A stretch of 42,892 bases of DNA from Gemmatimonadota bacterium (GTDB taxonomy: Bacteria; Gemmatimonadota; Gemmatimonadetes; Longimicrobiales; Gaopeijiaceae), in the NCBI GenBank assembly GCA_039585535.1, contig JBDGVS010000013.1, positions 1 to 42,892 of the forward strand. Direction: 5' to 3'. A program made the position numbers and the translations under genes. Of this stretch, positions 1-8,495 are shown in pieces; the first letter of the stretch is position 1; the number at the start of each line of letters is the position of its first letter. The notes beneath the pieces are model-generated. The model was not told where the DNA came from. It worked only from the letters and a program-made list of their open reading frames with translations, and ran no database searches.

Positions 1-399
1 TCCCGGCTGGTGGTCGGCACCGATCACGTGCCCCTCGGGGTCTACACCCGCGCCATGCTCGACCGCGCGGACGTGAGGCTCGGAAGAGGCTTTGCCGATC
101 GGGTTCGTGCTCGCGTGGTTTCGAAAGAGACCAATGCTCGACTGGTCCGGGCGAAGGTCGAGCTCGGGGAAGCCGACGCGGCCATCGTGTACCAGACCGA
201 CGCGATGGCTTCCGATCGCGTGCTCCTGATCGAGATCCCCGAAGACGTGAACGTCCGCACACCCTACGTGACGGCAGTGCTTACAGAAGCTGCCGGGGGA
301 GCCGCGAGCCCCTCCGCCGCCGACTTCGTTGCGTTCACCCGATCCGAAGAGGGGCGCGCGATTCTCGTCCGGTACGGCTTCGACGTAGAGGGCGCATGA
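1..399 (+). CDS. modA: Molybdate ABC transporter substrate-binding protein, C-terminal fragment (gene continues off the left edge)
   Basis: The frame is open from base 1 (ORF track 10..399). The C-terminus is ModA-like ([13 protein letters not shown]). The stop overlaps the next start as ATGA at 396-399, and permease and ATPase genes follow. Confidence 0.75.
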   Translation, partial: SRLVVGTDHVPLGVYTRAMLDRADVRLGRGFADRVRARVVSKETNARLVRAKVELGEADAAIVYQTDAMASDRVLLIEIPEDVNVRTPYVTAVLTEAAGGAASPSAADFVAFTRSEEGRAILVRYGFDVEGA

Positions 400-1220
400 G
401 GAACACGCCGCTCCGAGCACCAGCTCGCCCCGCGGGCGCGCTTCTCGCTGGGATCCTCGTGCTTCTGCTCACGGTGCCCCTCGTCGGCCTCGCCGTTTCG
501 GCCTCGCCGGCGGAGCTCCTCACAGGCGCTGCAAGCCCTCTGTTCGCTCCGGCCCTCTGGTTGAGCCTCCGCACCACTCTCATGAGTCTCGGGGTGATCG
601 TCGTAACCGGAACGCCACTCGCGTGGTGGCTCGCCACCTCGACTCGCCCCTCCGCCCGGGTCATCGAAGTGCTCGTCGATCTGCCGATCGTGATTCCCCC
701 GGCTGTAGTCGGAGTAGCACTCCTGCAGACCTTCGGACGCCAGGGCCTACTAGGCGCGGGGCTGTCAGGCGTCGGGATCGGGATCCCCTTCACCGAACGC
801 GCCGTGCTCCTGGCTCAGATCGTGGTTTCGGCGCCCTTCTACGTGCAGGCCGCAGCGAACGCCTTTCGGCGGGTCGACATCGACGTCCTGATCGTCGCTC
901 GCACACTCGGAGCCTCACCCAACGCCGCCTTCTTCCGCGTGGCGGTGCCCATAGCACTGCCGGGCCTCGTAGTCGGCATGTCGCTCGCCTGGGCCCGTGC
1001 GCTCGGTGAGTTCGGGGCCACCCTCTTGTTCGCAGGCAACCTGTCGGGTCGTACTCAGACCATGCCGCTCGCCATTCTCACCGCCCTCGAGTCGGACGTG
1101 CAACTCGCGGTCGTCTTTTCCCTGGTCCTGGCCGCGATGGGCGGCCTCGTACTGGTTGGTCTTCGCCTCGCGCCTTCGGCGTGGGCGTCGTTTGCCGGTG
1201 GACGGATATCTCGGCCATGA
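396..1220 (+). CDS. modB: Molybdate ABC transporter permease
   Basis: 274 aa, multi-pass hydrophobic protein with an EAA-loop-like segment ([25 protein letters not shown]). It is translationally coupled to both flanking genes by ATGA overlaps. Confidence 0.85.
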   Translation: MRNTPLRAPARPAGALLAGILVLLLTVPLVGLAVSASPAELLTGAASPLFAPALWLSLRTTLMSLGVIVVTGTPLAWWLATSTRPSARVIEVLVDLPIVIPPAVVGVALLQTFGRQGLLGAGLSGVGIGIPFTERAVLLAQIVVSAPFYVQAAANAFRRVDIDVLIVARTLGASPNAAFFRVAVPIALPGLVVGMSLAWARALGEFGATLLFAGNLSGRTQTMPLAILTALESDVQLAVVFSLVLAAMGGLVLVGLRLAPSAWASFAGGRISRP

Positions 1221-1942
1221 CCAACTGGCGTGTCCGAATCACGAGCAGTGCAGGTGCGCTCAACCTCGAAATCGACATCGATGGGAGCGGGGAGCCCCTG
1301 GCCATCGTGGGTCCGAACGGGAGCGGAAAGACTACGCTCCTCCGAGTCATCGCAGGCGCACACGGCCCAGCAGAGGGCAGGATCGAGATCGGCGACGCGA
1401 CGTTCCTGGACTCCTCGGCAGGGATCAACCTCGCCGCGGAAGACCGCGGCGTCGGATACGTGCCGCAGGGCTACGGACTTTTCCCGCATCTCAGCGTAGT
1501 CGAGAACGTGGCCTTCGGTCTGTCGACCGGATCGAGGAAGGCATCGATCGAGAAGCGCCGCAGCCGCGCGCTCGCGGCGCTCGAGGAGCTGGAGTGCACG
1601 CACCTCGCAGACCGGACGACGGTGCGCCTCTCGGGTGGCGAAGCCCAACGGGTCGCGCTGGCCCGCGCCCTCGTCATCGAACCGCGGATCCTCCTGCTCG
1701 ACGAACCCGTAGCCGCGCTCGACGCCACAGCGCGTCGATCGGTACGCGCCTTCCTGAGCCGACGACTCCGGGCACTCGGACGTCCGTCGATCGTGGTGAC
1801 ACACGACGTGCGAGACGTCGTGGCACTCAACACCGAGGTGTGCGTCCTGGAAGCAGGAGTCGTGAGTCAGCGAGGCACGGTGGAAGAGCTACGTGCCTCC
1901 CCGGCGACGGCTTTCGTCGCCGAGTTCGTCGGGCTCGACTGA
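1217..1942 (+). CDS. modC: ABC transporter ATP-binding protein (short ModC-like, no C-terminal TOBE/Mop domain)
   Basis: Walker [11 protein letters not shown]-loop [12 protein letters not shown], signature [15 protein letters not shown], Walker B ILLLDEP, H-loop VTHD. I chose the ATG at 1217 (ATGA overlap with the modB stop) over the track start at 1181. Confidence 0.85.
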   Translation: MTNWRVRITSSAGALNLEIDIDGSGEPLAIVGPNGSGKTTLLRVIAGAHGPAEGRIEIGDATFLDSSAGINLAAEDRGVGYVPQGYGLFPHLSVVENVAFGLSTGSRKASIEKRRSRALAALEELECTHLADRTTVRLSGGEAQRVALARALVIEPRILLLDEPVAALDATARRSVRAFLSRRLRALGRPSIVVTHDVRDVVALNTEVCVLEAGVVSQRGTVEELRASPATAFVAEFVGLD

Positions 1943-1952
1943 CGTCGTGACG

Positions 1953-2354
1953 TCAGTTCTGGACGCGCTTCCCAGTGAACGGCATCGCCATGCCCATCTC
2001 GTCCACATAGGTCTCGCCGACCATTTCGTCGCCGTCGACATCTGCCTCAACCTCGGCGGTGAACCACTGTCCCTGCATGCTGACGTGCAGGAGGAAGGAA
2101 AGGATCTTGTCCTCGTACAGTCCTTCGTCGATCTCGACCGCGTCGATCTCAGGTATGGCTGACAGGTCCGCGGTACCCGTCACGGTCGTTCCGTCCTGCT
2201 GGAGTTCATAGATCATCTCCATCGAACCCATTTCGGGGGACGTCGAGGTGATGAGCCACTTGCCGGTGACGCTGTCCTGCGCGGCAGCCGGAATCGCGGC
2301 GAGCACCAGGAGGGCGAGGGCCAGAGCAAAGGAACGAGCGTTGTGGAGTTTCAT
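1953..2354 (-). CDS. Small secreted hypothetical protein
   Basis: 133 aa with a clear N-terminal signal peptide (MKLHNARSFALALALLVLAAIPAAAQD). I recognise no motif. Confidence 0.6.
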   Translation of the reverse strand: MKLHNARSFALALALLVLAAIPAAAQDSVTGKWLITSTSPEMGSMEMIYELQQDGTTVTGTADLSAIPEIDAVEIDEGLYEDKILSFLLHVSMQGQWFTAEVEADVDGDEMVGETYVDEMGMAMPFTGKRVQN

Positions 2355-2473
2355 GTTTGCCAGCTTGTTGGAGGTCTCGCGAGGCCGCGGGGACTGAGAA
2401 TCAGACTATCCCGTGCGTCTGGCTTCAACAACCACTCCGAACGCGAAGTTCCGCGCTCTGACTTCCGCGGTAG

Positions 2474-3193
2474 TCAGTCGAGCCGCTGAGCGATCCATAT
2501 CGTGCGATAGACAGCCGTCCCCGTTGCTCCTACGGCAACCAGCCCGATCAGGCCAAGGAGCAAAGTACCTGGGGCCCATCCGAGCTGGGCGCAGACGGCC
2601 GCATCCAGGATGCCACCGAATCCGACGGCAAGGAGCCGTTCAGCCCGTTGCATGACCCCGACCTTGGCAACCACCCCGAGGCTCTCGCCTCGAGCCCGGG
2701 CATAGCTGACCAGGAGTGATCCCCCGAGCGCGAGCGCGACCAGCGCGACAGCAGCAGCAGATTCGCGGTACAGGACCACCAACCCCACGAATGCCCCGAC
2801 CTCTGCGAATCGATCGAGGGTCGAGTCGAGGAACGCTCCGGTCTGATTCGCTTTGCCCTGCGCTCTCGCGATACGGCCGTCGAGTACATCGGCCACGCCG
2901 CCCAGGAGCACAAACCACCCGCCGAGATTGGTAGCACCCGTCGCGAAGAAGTATCCGGCGGTACCGCCGAAAACGACGCCCAGGACGTTGAAGATCGTGG
3001 GCGACAGACCGAGTGCGAGCACGGGTCGCTCGATCGGCCAGATGAACCAGTAGAACCAGCTACGTGCAAAGCCCCCGAGTACGAATCCGCCGCGATCCGC
3101 GATTTCGTTCGGATCATGACGCGTCCGAGCCACAACCGCATACGCGGGCATCGTGAGCAGCGCGAAGCCGAGCACGCCCAGCAGAAAGGCCAT
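2474..3193 (-). CDS. CDP-alcohol phosphatidyltransferase family protein (head-group specificity unknown)
   Basis: Family signature D-x2-DG-x2-AR...G-x3-D-x3-D is seen as DVLDGRIARAQGKANQTGAFLDSTLDRFAE, in a multi-TM protein. The start was trimmed to the ATG (MAFLLGV) at 3193. The upstream part of track ORF 2474..3850 overlaps the neighbouring gene in another frame. Confidence 0.85.
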   Translation of the reverse strand: MAFLLGVLGFALLTMPAYAVVARTRHDPNEIADRGGFVLGGFARSWFYWFIWPIERPVLALGLSPTIFNVLGVVFGGTAGYFFATGATNLGGWFVLLGGVADVLDGRIARAQGKANQTGAFLDSTLDRFAEVGAFVGLVVLYRESAAAVALVALALGGSLLVSYARARGESLGVVAKVGVMQRAERLLAVGFGGILDAAVCAQLGWAPGTLLLGLIGLVAVGATGTAVYRTIWIAQRLD

Positions 3194-3201
3194 GTCTGGT
3201 C

Positions 3202-4149
3202 TCACGATCGAATCTCTCGACGGGGGCGGGTGAGGAGCACGTAGATGGCGCGTGGCCAGAGGAAGATAAGAGGAAGCTTCCGCTCGAGTGTGGTGAGTCG
3301 GATGGTGCGCCCCGTGTGTCGCTCCACCTTTCGCACTACATACGGCAGCCAATTCGCAAAGGTCATCATATGTTTGAGCCACCGCGACGTACTGCGCACC
3401 TTCGAGCGGCGAAAATGTCGACGCCAGCGGCGCGCGATGCGTGGCGTCACGTCCTCCGAAAGTCGGTAGCGACCACCGCTCTCGATCATGCTCCCGTCCA
3501 CCACCGCCTTTCGCAGGGCAGGATCGAGCACCTCTACGAAGTGGGCAGCTTGCGCCTCGAACATGGCCTCGGCCCGCCCACGTGATTCGGGTCGCAGTTC
3601 CCCCTGGTAACACACCTCCATGATCCGGAGACCCAGACCGGCGGCATCCACCGGTTCGACCAGGTACGGTGCCAGCCAGTCGAGGACCCGCATGTGCGCG
3701 CCCGAAATCTGCTCGCGCACCCACGCCGTTTCCGACGGGTCGGCGGTCCATACTTCGCCCACCCTCTGGAGCATGCGTCCCAGAATGAAATGATCCGCCG
3801 GTCTGGGGCCGAGCGCCCGCGCGAAGTCCGCCTTGGTCACGATCAGACACTTGGCCAACCCGTTCTGCCCGTCTTCGGGGGTGTACGCGATGACGTTGGG
3901 GGCGAGCACGCGGGACAGCGTCGTCATCAACGCCACCGGCCGATCGAGTTCACCGGCCCGGGACAACCGTTCGTAGAACGATCGGTACTCATCGATGACG
4001 ACCACGAAGTCAAGCGCGCTGTGGCGATCGGGCTGAGTCTTGTGGAGGCGCGAACCATAAAGAAGAACGGCCCGCACCGAATCCCCAGTATCGCCAACCA
4101 GGCGCTCGGCCAGCTCCCGGGCTTCGGGCCACTCCGATCCAGTCGTCAT
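3202..4149 (-). CDS. Nucleotidyltransferase-fold protein, candidate Tam41/Mmp37-like phosphatidate cytidylyltransferase
   Basis: 315 aa, soluble. The segments LLYGS, LDFVVVID, HFILGRMLQRV, CYQGELR and a basic C-terminal helix line up from memory with yeast Tam41 (YGSGV, FYLAGRLQKPV, SYAGDIR). It sits between an acyltransferase and a CDP-alcohol transferase. The CDS itself is confident; the function is inferred. Confidence 0.5.
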   Translation of the reverse strand: MTTGSEWPEARELAERLVGDTGDSVRAVLLYGSRLHKTQPDRHSALDFVVVIDEYRSFYERLSRAGELDRPVALMTTLSRVLAPNVIAYTPEDGQNGLAKCLIVTKADFARALGPRPADHFILGRMLQRVGEVWTADPSETAWVREQISGAHMRVLDWLAPYLVEPVDAAGLGLRIMEVCYQGELRPESRGRAEAMFEAQAAHFVEVLDPALRKAVVDGSMIESGGRYRLSEDVTPRIARRWRRHFRRSKVRSTSRWLKHMMTFANWLPYVVRKVERHTGRTIRLTTLERKLPLIFLWPRAIYVLLTRPRREIRS

Positions 4150-5036
4150 TCTTCGCCTGACAACACGGGCGAAGGTGACTCGGGTTCACTCGGGCCCTCA
4201 CTTCTGAGATCGGCGAGACCATCGACGATCCGACCTCGAATCTCTTTGATGAAGGGCTGGATGTCGGCCGCGGGGTCCGTCCATTCGGCGGTACCGAGAT
4301 ATCTGATCTGCCCTCTGATGTGCGCCATGCCGCGCACGAAGTGCTCCATCTTGGCCGTCTGCCAGTATCCATCGACCACGAAGAGGTGAACCGTCCACGG
4401 GCGTTGCCCGAGAAGGGACTGGAGACCCCGCGTCTTGAAGCGACCCACGCTTCCGTCCTTGGTACGCGTCCCCTCTGGGAAGATGGCAATCGGGACGTCG
4501 GACGTAGCCGCCGCGTCGGCGAGTGTGGAAAGGCTCTCTTCGACCTTCTGCGATTTTGCCCGGGGGTCCACCACCGGGTATTGATAGAGCCTTACCATAT
4601 GCGAGATTAGCGGGATAAACCGGTGATATCTCGCCCTGGTCACGATCCGGGGATAACCACCCTTCACCGTACCGACTGCCAGTGGAATATCGATGACCGA
4701 CTGGTGATTCATGACGATCAGCGTGCCGGGCCCCGAGGGTACAACGCGGTCCGGCATCGGAATGGAGGCGCCGCCGATGCGAACGAGGCACCACACCACG
4801 AAAGCGCGCATCCGATTGATCCACCAACCCATCAGTGGAATACGACGGACTGGGCCCAACCGGGACCAGCCCCAGACGACCGTCCTCTGAAAGAGATCAA
4901 AGAAGGGAAAGCTGAGGCCCATCGTGCCAAGGGCCAGGTAGCCCCGAATCTTCAAAGCGTGGTCCTCCGAACGAACAAAGACGGGCAGTGACATACGACA
5001 CAGTACGGGACTGAAGACGCTAACGTGACCCGTCAA
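4146..5036 (-). CDS. plsC: 1-acyl-sn-glycerol-3-phosphate (lysophospholipid) acyltransferase family protein
   Basis: H(X)4D motif in VMNHQSVIDIP and motif III FPEGTRTKDG, with an N-terminal hydrophobic segment. The track start is a TTG at 5036; an alternative ATG lies at 4994. There is a 4-nt overlap with the downstream gene. Confidence 0.85.
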   Translation of the reverse strand: MTGHVSVFSPVLCRMSLPVFVRSEDHALKIRGYLALGTMGLSFPFFDLFQRTVVWGWSRLGPVRRIPLMGWWINRMRAFVVWCLVRIGGASIPMPDRVVPSGPGTLIVMNHQSVIDIPLAVGTVKGGYPRIVTRARYHRFIPLISHMVRLYQYPVVDPRAKSQKVEESLSTLADAAATSDVPIAIFPEGTRTKDGSVGRFKTRGLQSLLGQRPWTVHLFVVDGYWQTAKMEHFVRGMAHIRGQIRYLGTAEWTDPAADIQPFIKEIRGRIVDGLADLRSEGPSEPESPSPVLSGEE

Positions 5037-5058
5037 CTATTACCAAGACGAATCTGAT

Positions 5059-5730
5059 ATGAGCGACTCCGAAAACACGTACTACGGCTTCGACCTCTGC
5101 GTCGGCGGCTACTTCGAGATGCCGACCGCAGACGCGCGGAAGCTACTCCCTGCTCACCTTGAGCCAATGGAGGTGCAGCACGATCGAAGCATCCTCGCGA
5201 TCACTGCCTTCCACTTCAACGAGAGCATGGTCGGAGAGTACGACGAAATCGTGTTGGCCGTTGTAGTTCCGCCCATCGTCGAACCCGGGAAGCCGCTGCC
5301 AAAGGCCGCATTCTTTCCGTTCATGGTGGGTACGTCTACACCTGAGTCCCGCGAGCACGCCATCGCCAGGTGGCGTCTTCCGCACTACATGAAAGACATC
5401 GGGGTCGACTTCGCCGAGGGCGACGGCCAGATGACGGTGACGGTTTCGGACGATGGTGCCCCGGTCCTGGAGATGATCGTGACGGACCACGAACGCGGGA
5501 CCGCCGCCAACAGCTACATGTGCTTCACGGTCGATCCGGAGGACCGGTTCAAGGTCAACATCCTCATGGAGGCGGAGCACGCGGAGCACGAGGAGGAGAC
5601 GGGAGCCCTCACGCTCTACGAGCACCCCATGAACGAAGGCCTCACGATCGACGAGGTGAACTCGTATCCGTTCCGCGAGGAATGGTATGGGAAGGGACTC
5701 CAGACGTTCGACCCCATGGTGAACTTCTGA
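5059..5730 (+). CDS. Hypothetical protein, possibly acetoacetate-decarboxylase-like (ADC/beta-cone) family
   Basis: 223 aa acidic soluble protein. The overall pattern (LLPAHLEP...AITAFHFNESMVGEYDEIVLAVVV) resembles ADC-like family members. The family call is a weak by-eye assignment. Confidence 0.35.
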   Translation: MSDSENTYYGFDLCVGGYFEMPTADARKLLPAHLEPMEVQHDRSILAITAFHFNESMVGEYDEIVLAVVVPPIVEPGKPLPKAAFFPFMVGTSTPESREHAIARWRLPHYMKDIGVDFAEGDGQMTVTVSDDGAPVLEMIVTDHERGTAANSYMCFTVDPEDRFKVNILMEAEHAEHEEETGALTLYEHPMNEGLTIDEVNSYPFREEWYGKGLQTFDPMVNF

Positions 5731-6671
5731 CCGCGAAGCGCCACTTCGTCATTTTCAACCCGGCCTCAGGCCGGGGGCGGGGAGCCGCGCGCATCCCCGC
5801 GTACAGGGCACTCCTCAACGAGTCGCTCGACAACGTCACCTTCGCAGAAACATCTCGCCCCGGCGAAGAGCGGGAGTTGGCAGAAGGCGCGCTGGACGGC
5901 GACGTCGATGTTGTAATCGCTGTAGGGGGTGACGGGACGTGGAGCAACGTCGCGGACCGACTGCTCGCCAGCGGGCGCGACGACGTGGTCCTCGGAATCC
6001 TCCCGAGCGGCACAGGAAACGACTTCGGTCGCAACTTCGGGTATGATCCGCGGAATCCGGCCGAGGCGGTCCGCGTGATTGCGGAAGGACACACGCGCCT
6101 GATCGACGTAGGGCGAGTCGTTACGGACAGCGCGTCGGAGCACGATCCGGAGCGTTGGGAGTCACGACATTTTCTGAATCTGATCGGCTTCGGCTTCGAC
6201 ATCGCGGTCATCGACGCGGCGGCTGGAGCGCGTTTCCTGCGCGGAGAGCTGTTGTACAAGCTCACAGCCCTTCAGCAGCTCTTCCGTTTTCCAGGGATCA
6301 GCGCGGCTGTAGCGGCCAGTAGCGGGCAGGAGCGCGAGTTGCATCAGCTGATGCTCACGGTTTCCAACGGACGCTACTTCGGGGGTGGCTTCCCCATTGC
6401 TCCGGACGCAACCGTGGACGACGGAAAGTTGCACGCCTGCATGATCGGGGATGCCTCGCCGCTCACACGGCTCAAACTCTTCAATCTCGCGGAGCGAGGG
6501 CGACATGTGACGTCGGATCGCGTCGAGATTCTGGACGACGCATCGTTCCGGTTGAGCTTCGCGGAGCCTGTGCGGTTCGAGATGGATGGGGATGTACGTA
6601 AGTCTGCAGGCAACGAGATCGAGGTCCGGTGTATGCCTGCGGCGCTTCGGGTAACCGCACCCCTGGTTTAG
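5682..6671 (+). CDS. Diacylglycerol/lipid kinase family protein (YegS/BmrU/LCB5-like)
   Basis: FVIFNPASGRGRG, the catalytic GGDGT motif (AVGGDGTWSNV) and LPSGTGNDFGRNFG. The start is uncertain: the ATG at 5682 overlaps the upstream gene by 49 nt, and the only alternative is a CTG at 5727. The track ORF from 5370 is an out-of-frame overlap extension. Confidence 0.75.
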   Translation: MVWEGTPDVRPHGELLTAKRHFVIFNPASGRGRGAARIPAYRALLNESLDNVTFAETSRPGEERELAEGALDGDVDVVIAVGGDGTWSNVADRLLASGRDDVVLGILPSGTGNDFGRNFGYDPRNPAEAVRVIAEGHTRLIDVGRVVTDSASEHDPERWESRHFLNLIGFGFDIAVIDAAAGARFLRGELLYKLTALQQLFRFPGISAAVAASSGQERELHQLMLTVSNGRYFGGGFPIAPDATVDDGKLHACMIGDASPLTRLKLFNLAERGRHVTSDRVEILDDASFRLSFAEPVRFEMDGDVRKSAGNEIEVRCMPAALRVTAPLV

Positions 6672-6768
6672 GCCCGGACCGACAAGAAAAGGGTTGGCGG
6701 TCGGGAATGGTGGCACATACTTTGCGGTACAAAGTTGTGCTACAGAACAATCCCTGAACCCTATCGCC

Positions 6769-7398
6769 ATGTCTTCTCCCGTCCGGGAGCTACACCCACG
6801 AGAGGACCCACCCGTCGCTCTGCACGATCGCGCGATGGACAACCTTCGCTACATCCGCGAAACGATGGAGCGTTCGGCGTCCTTCACGCACGTGTCGGGG
6901 ATCGGGGGCGTGGGCATGGGGCTCGTCGCCTTCGCAGCGGCAGGCCTCGCCACGACTGCTTCGACTCCGGCAGAATGGGTCAGCATCTGGCTGGTCGCGG
7001 CCGGCGTCTCGCTTGGGATCGCGGTCCTGTTCATGGCTCGGAAGTCTCGAGCGGACGGCAGCACCCTTCTCACCGGCCCCGGACGGAAGTTCGCCTGGAG
7101 TGTGACCCCCCCGCTGGTCGCGGGTGGAATCCTGACCGTCGTGCTGGTCCGTATCGGATCGATCGATCTGCTCCCCGGGATGTGGCTCCTCCTCTACGGG
7201 ACCGGGATCGTGACAGGGGGTTCCCACTCGGTGCGCCCCATCCCCATCATGGGCGGGATCTTCATGCTGGTCGGTGTCGGAGCGCTACTGGCCCCGTCAG
7301 GGTGGGACGCCCCGTGGGGTAACCTGTGGATGGCCGGCGGCTTCGGAGCTCTGCACGTCATCTTCGGAGCGATCATCTGGAGGAAGCACGGTGGCTAA
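6769..7398 (+). CDS. Integral membrane hypothetical protein
   Basis: About 5 predicted hydrophobic helices. ATG at 6769 (MSSPVRE). The stop overlaps the downstream regulator start (GTGGCTAA). Confidence 0.6.
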   Translation: MSSPVRELHPREDPPVALHDRAMDNLRYIRETMERSASFTHVSGIGGVGMGLVAFAAAGLATTASTPAEWVSIWLVAAGVSLGIAVLFMARKSRADGSTLLTGPGRKFAWSVTPPLVAGGILTVVLVRIGSIDLLPGMWLLLYGTGIVTGGSHSVRPIPIMGGIFMLVGVGALLAPSGWDAPWGNLWMAGGFGALHVIFGAIIWRKHGG

Positions 7399-7777
7399 GC
7401 AGTCCGCACTGCGCCGTGAAGGCGCGCACAACCCGGCGCTCGAAACCGTCGAGGGCAGACAGGCGGAGGCGGGTGCGCTCGACCTCGATCGACTCATTCA
7501 CGAAAGGGTGCGTCTCGGGATCGTCAGCTCACTGGCGGTGAACGGCTCCCTGTCGTTCACCGACCTCCGCGACTTGCTGGGAATCACAGACGGGAATCTG
7601 AGCGCTCACGCCCGCAAGCTCGAAGACGCCGGCTACGTCGTGTGTACCAAGTCGCACGAGGGTCGGGCCCCCAAGACCGAATACCAGCTCACAACGATGG
7701 GTCGATCCGAACTCGAGCAGTACCTCAGCCATATGGAAGCCATCATTCAGGCGACTCGTACCCAGGACGAGGGCTGA
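7391..7777 (+). CDS. Winged-helix transcriptional regulator (HTH_34/MarR-like)
   Basis: [47 protein letters not shown] is a typical wHTH. GTG start at 7391, 8 nt overlap with the upstream membrane protein gene. Confidence 0.7.
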   Translation: MAKQSALRREGAHNPALETVEGRQAEAGALDLDRLIHERVRLGIVSSLAVNGSLSFTDLRDLLGITDGNLSAHARKLEDAGYVVCTKSHEGRAPKTEYQLTTMGRSELEQYLSHMEAIIQATRTQDEG

Positions 7778-7781
7778 AGCC

Positions 7782-8474
7782 ATGACACATGTTGCGATCA
7801 TCATGGACGGCAACGGTCGGTGGGCGAAGTCCCTGGGCCGAGCGAGGGAGTTTGGACACCGCCGGGGTGCGGAGTCCGTGCGAAAGGTTGTGGAGGCCGC
7901 ACCTGATCTGGGCGTCGGCACGCTGACTCTGTACGCCTTTTCCTCGGACAACTGGGGTCGGCCCGCGGCCGAGGTGTCCGTTCTGATGAAGCTCTTTGCC
8001 CGGTACCTCCGGTCCGAGACGGCCGAACTCAAAGATCAGGGTGTACGTCTCCAGGTTGTGGGTCGTCGAGACCGCCTGGCACCGGCGCTGGTCCGTGCGA
8101 TGGAGGAGGCGGAGCGGGCGACCGCCGGAGGGCGTCGGATGCTCCTGCGCCTGGCTGTGGACTACTCCTCGCGTGACCTGCTCCTCGAGGCGGTGCGACG
8201 TGCGTCGAAGGCGCCCGACCTCGAACGCCATGACATCGCCACACTTCTCGGCCAGGTCATGCACGGCGGAGGCCCGGCTCCCGACGTCGATTTGCTGATT
8301 CGCACCGGGGGTGAGAAACGCCTCAGCGACTTCCTGCTGTGGGAGTGCGCATATGCTGAACTGTTCTTCACGCCGGTCATGTGGCCCGAGTTCGATGGAG
8401 AGCAGCTGGCCGCGGCACTCCACGAGTTTCGCGAGCGAGATCGTCGATTCGGGAAGGTAGCCGTAGCCTCCTGA
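7782..8474 (+). CDS. uppS: Undecaprenyl diphosphate synthase (cis-prenyltransferase)
   Basis: [41 protein letters not shown] and RRFG hallmark motifs. Confidence 0.92.
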   Translation: MTHVAIIMDGNGRWAKSLGRAREFGHRRGAESVRKVVEAAPDLGVGTLTLYAFSSDNWGRPAAEVSVLMKLFARYLRSETAELKDQGVRLQVVGRRDRLAPALVRAMEEAERATAGGRRMLLRLAVDYSSRDLLLEAVRRASKAPDLERHDIATLLGQVMHGGGPAPDVDLLIRTGGEKRLSDFLLWECAYAELFFTPVMWPEFDGEQLAAALHEFRERDRRFGKVAVAS

Positions 8475-8495
8475 GCCGACGGGTCTGCAGGCGCG

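Noticed and set aside
1939-1956. Near-perfect palindrome CTGACGTC-GT-GACGTCAG between convergent modC and the small secreted protein gene
   Set aside because: It includes the modC stop codon and overlaps the stop of the convergent gene (1953-1955). The 2-nt centre cannot form a hairpin loop, and 8-bp arms occur by chance in this much GC-rich sequence. There is no supporting context for a binding site.
3194-3850. N-terminal extension of the CDP-alcohol transferase ORF (track 2474..3850). Analogous extensions lie at 5370-5681, 12691-12858, 13146-13319, 14935-15126 and 16675-16905.
   Set aside because: The extensions overlap neighbouring real genes in other frames, or run into the intergenic origin region, and carry no homology-like sequence. 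Internal ATG/GTG starts give proteins of canonical length and N-termini.
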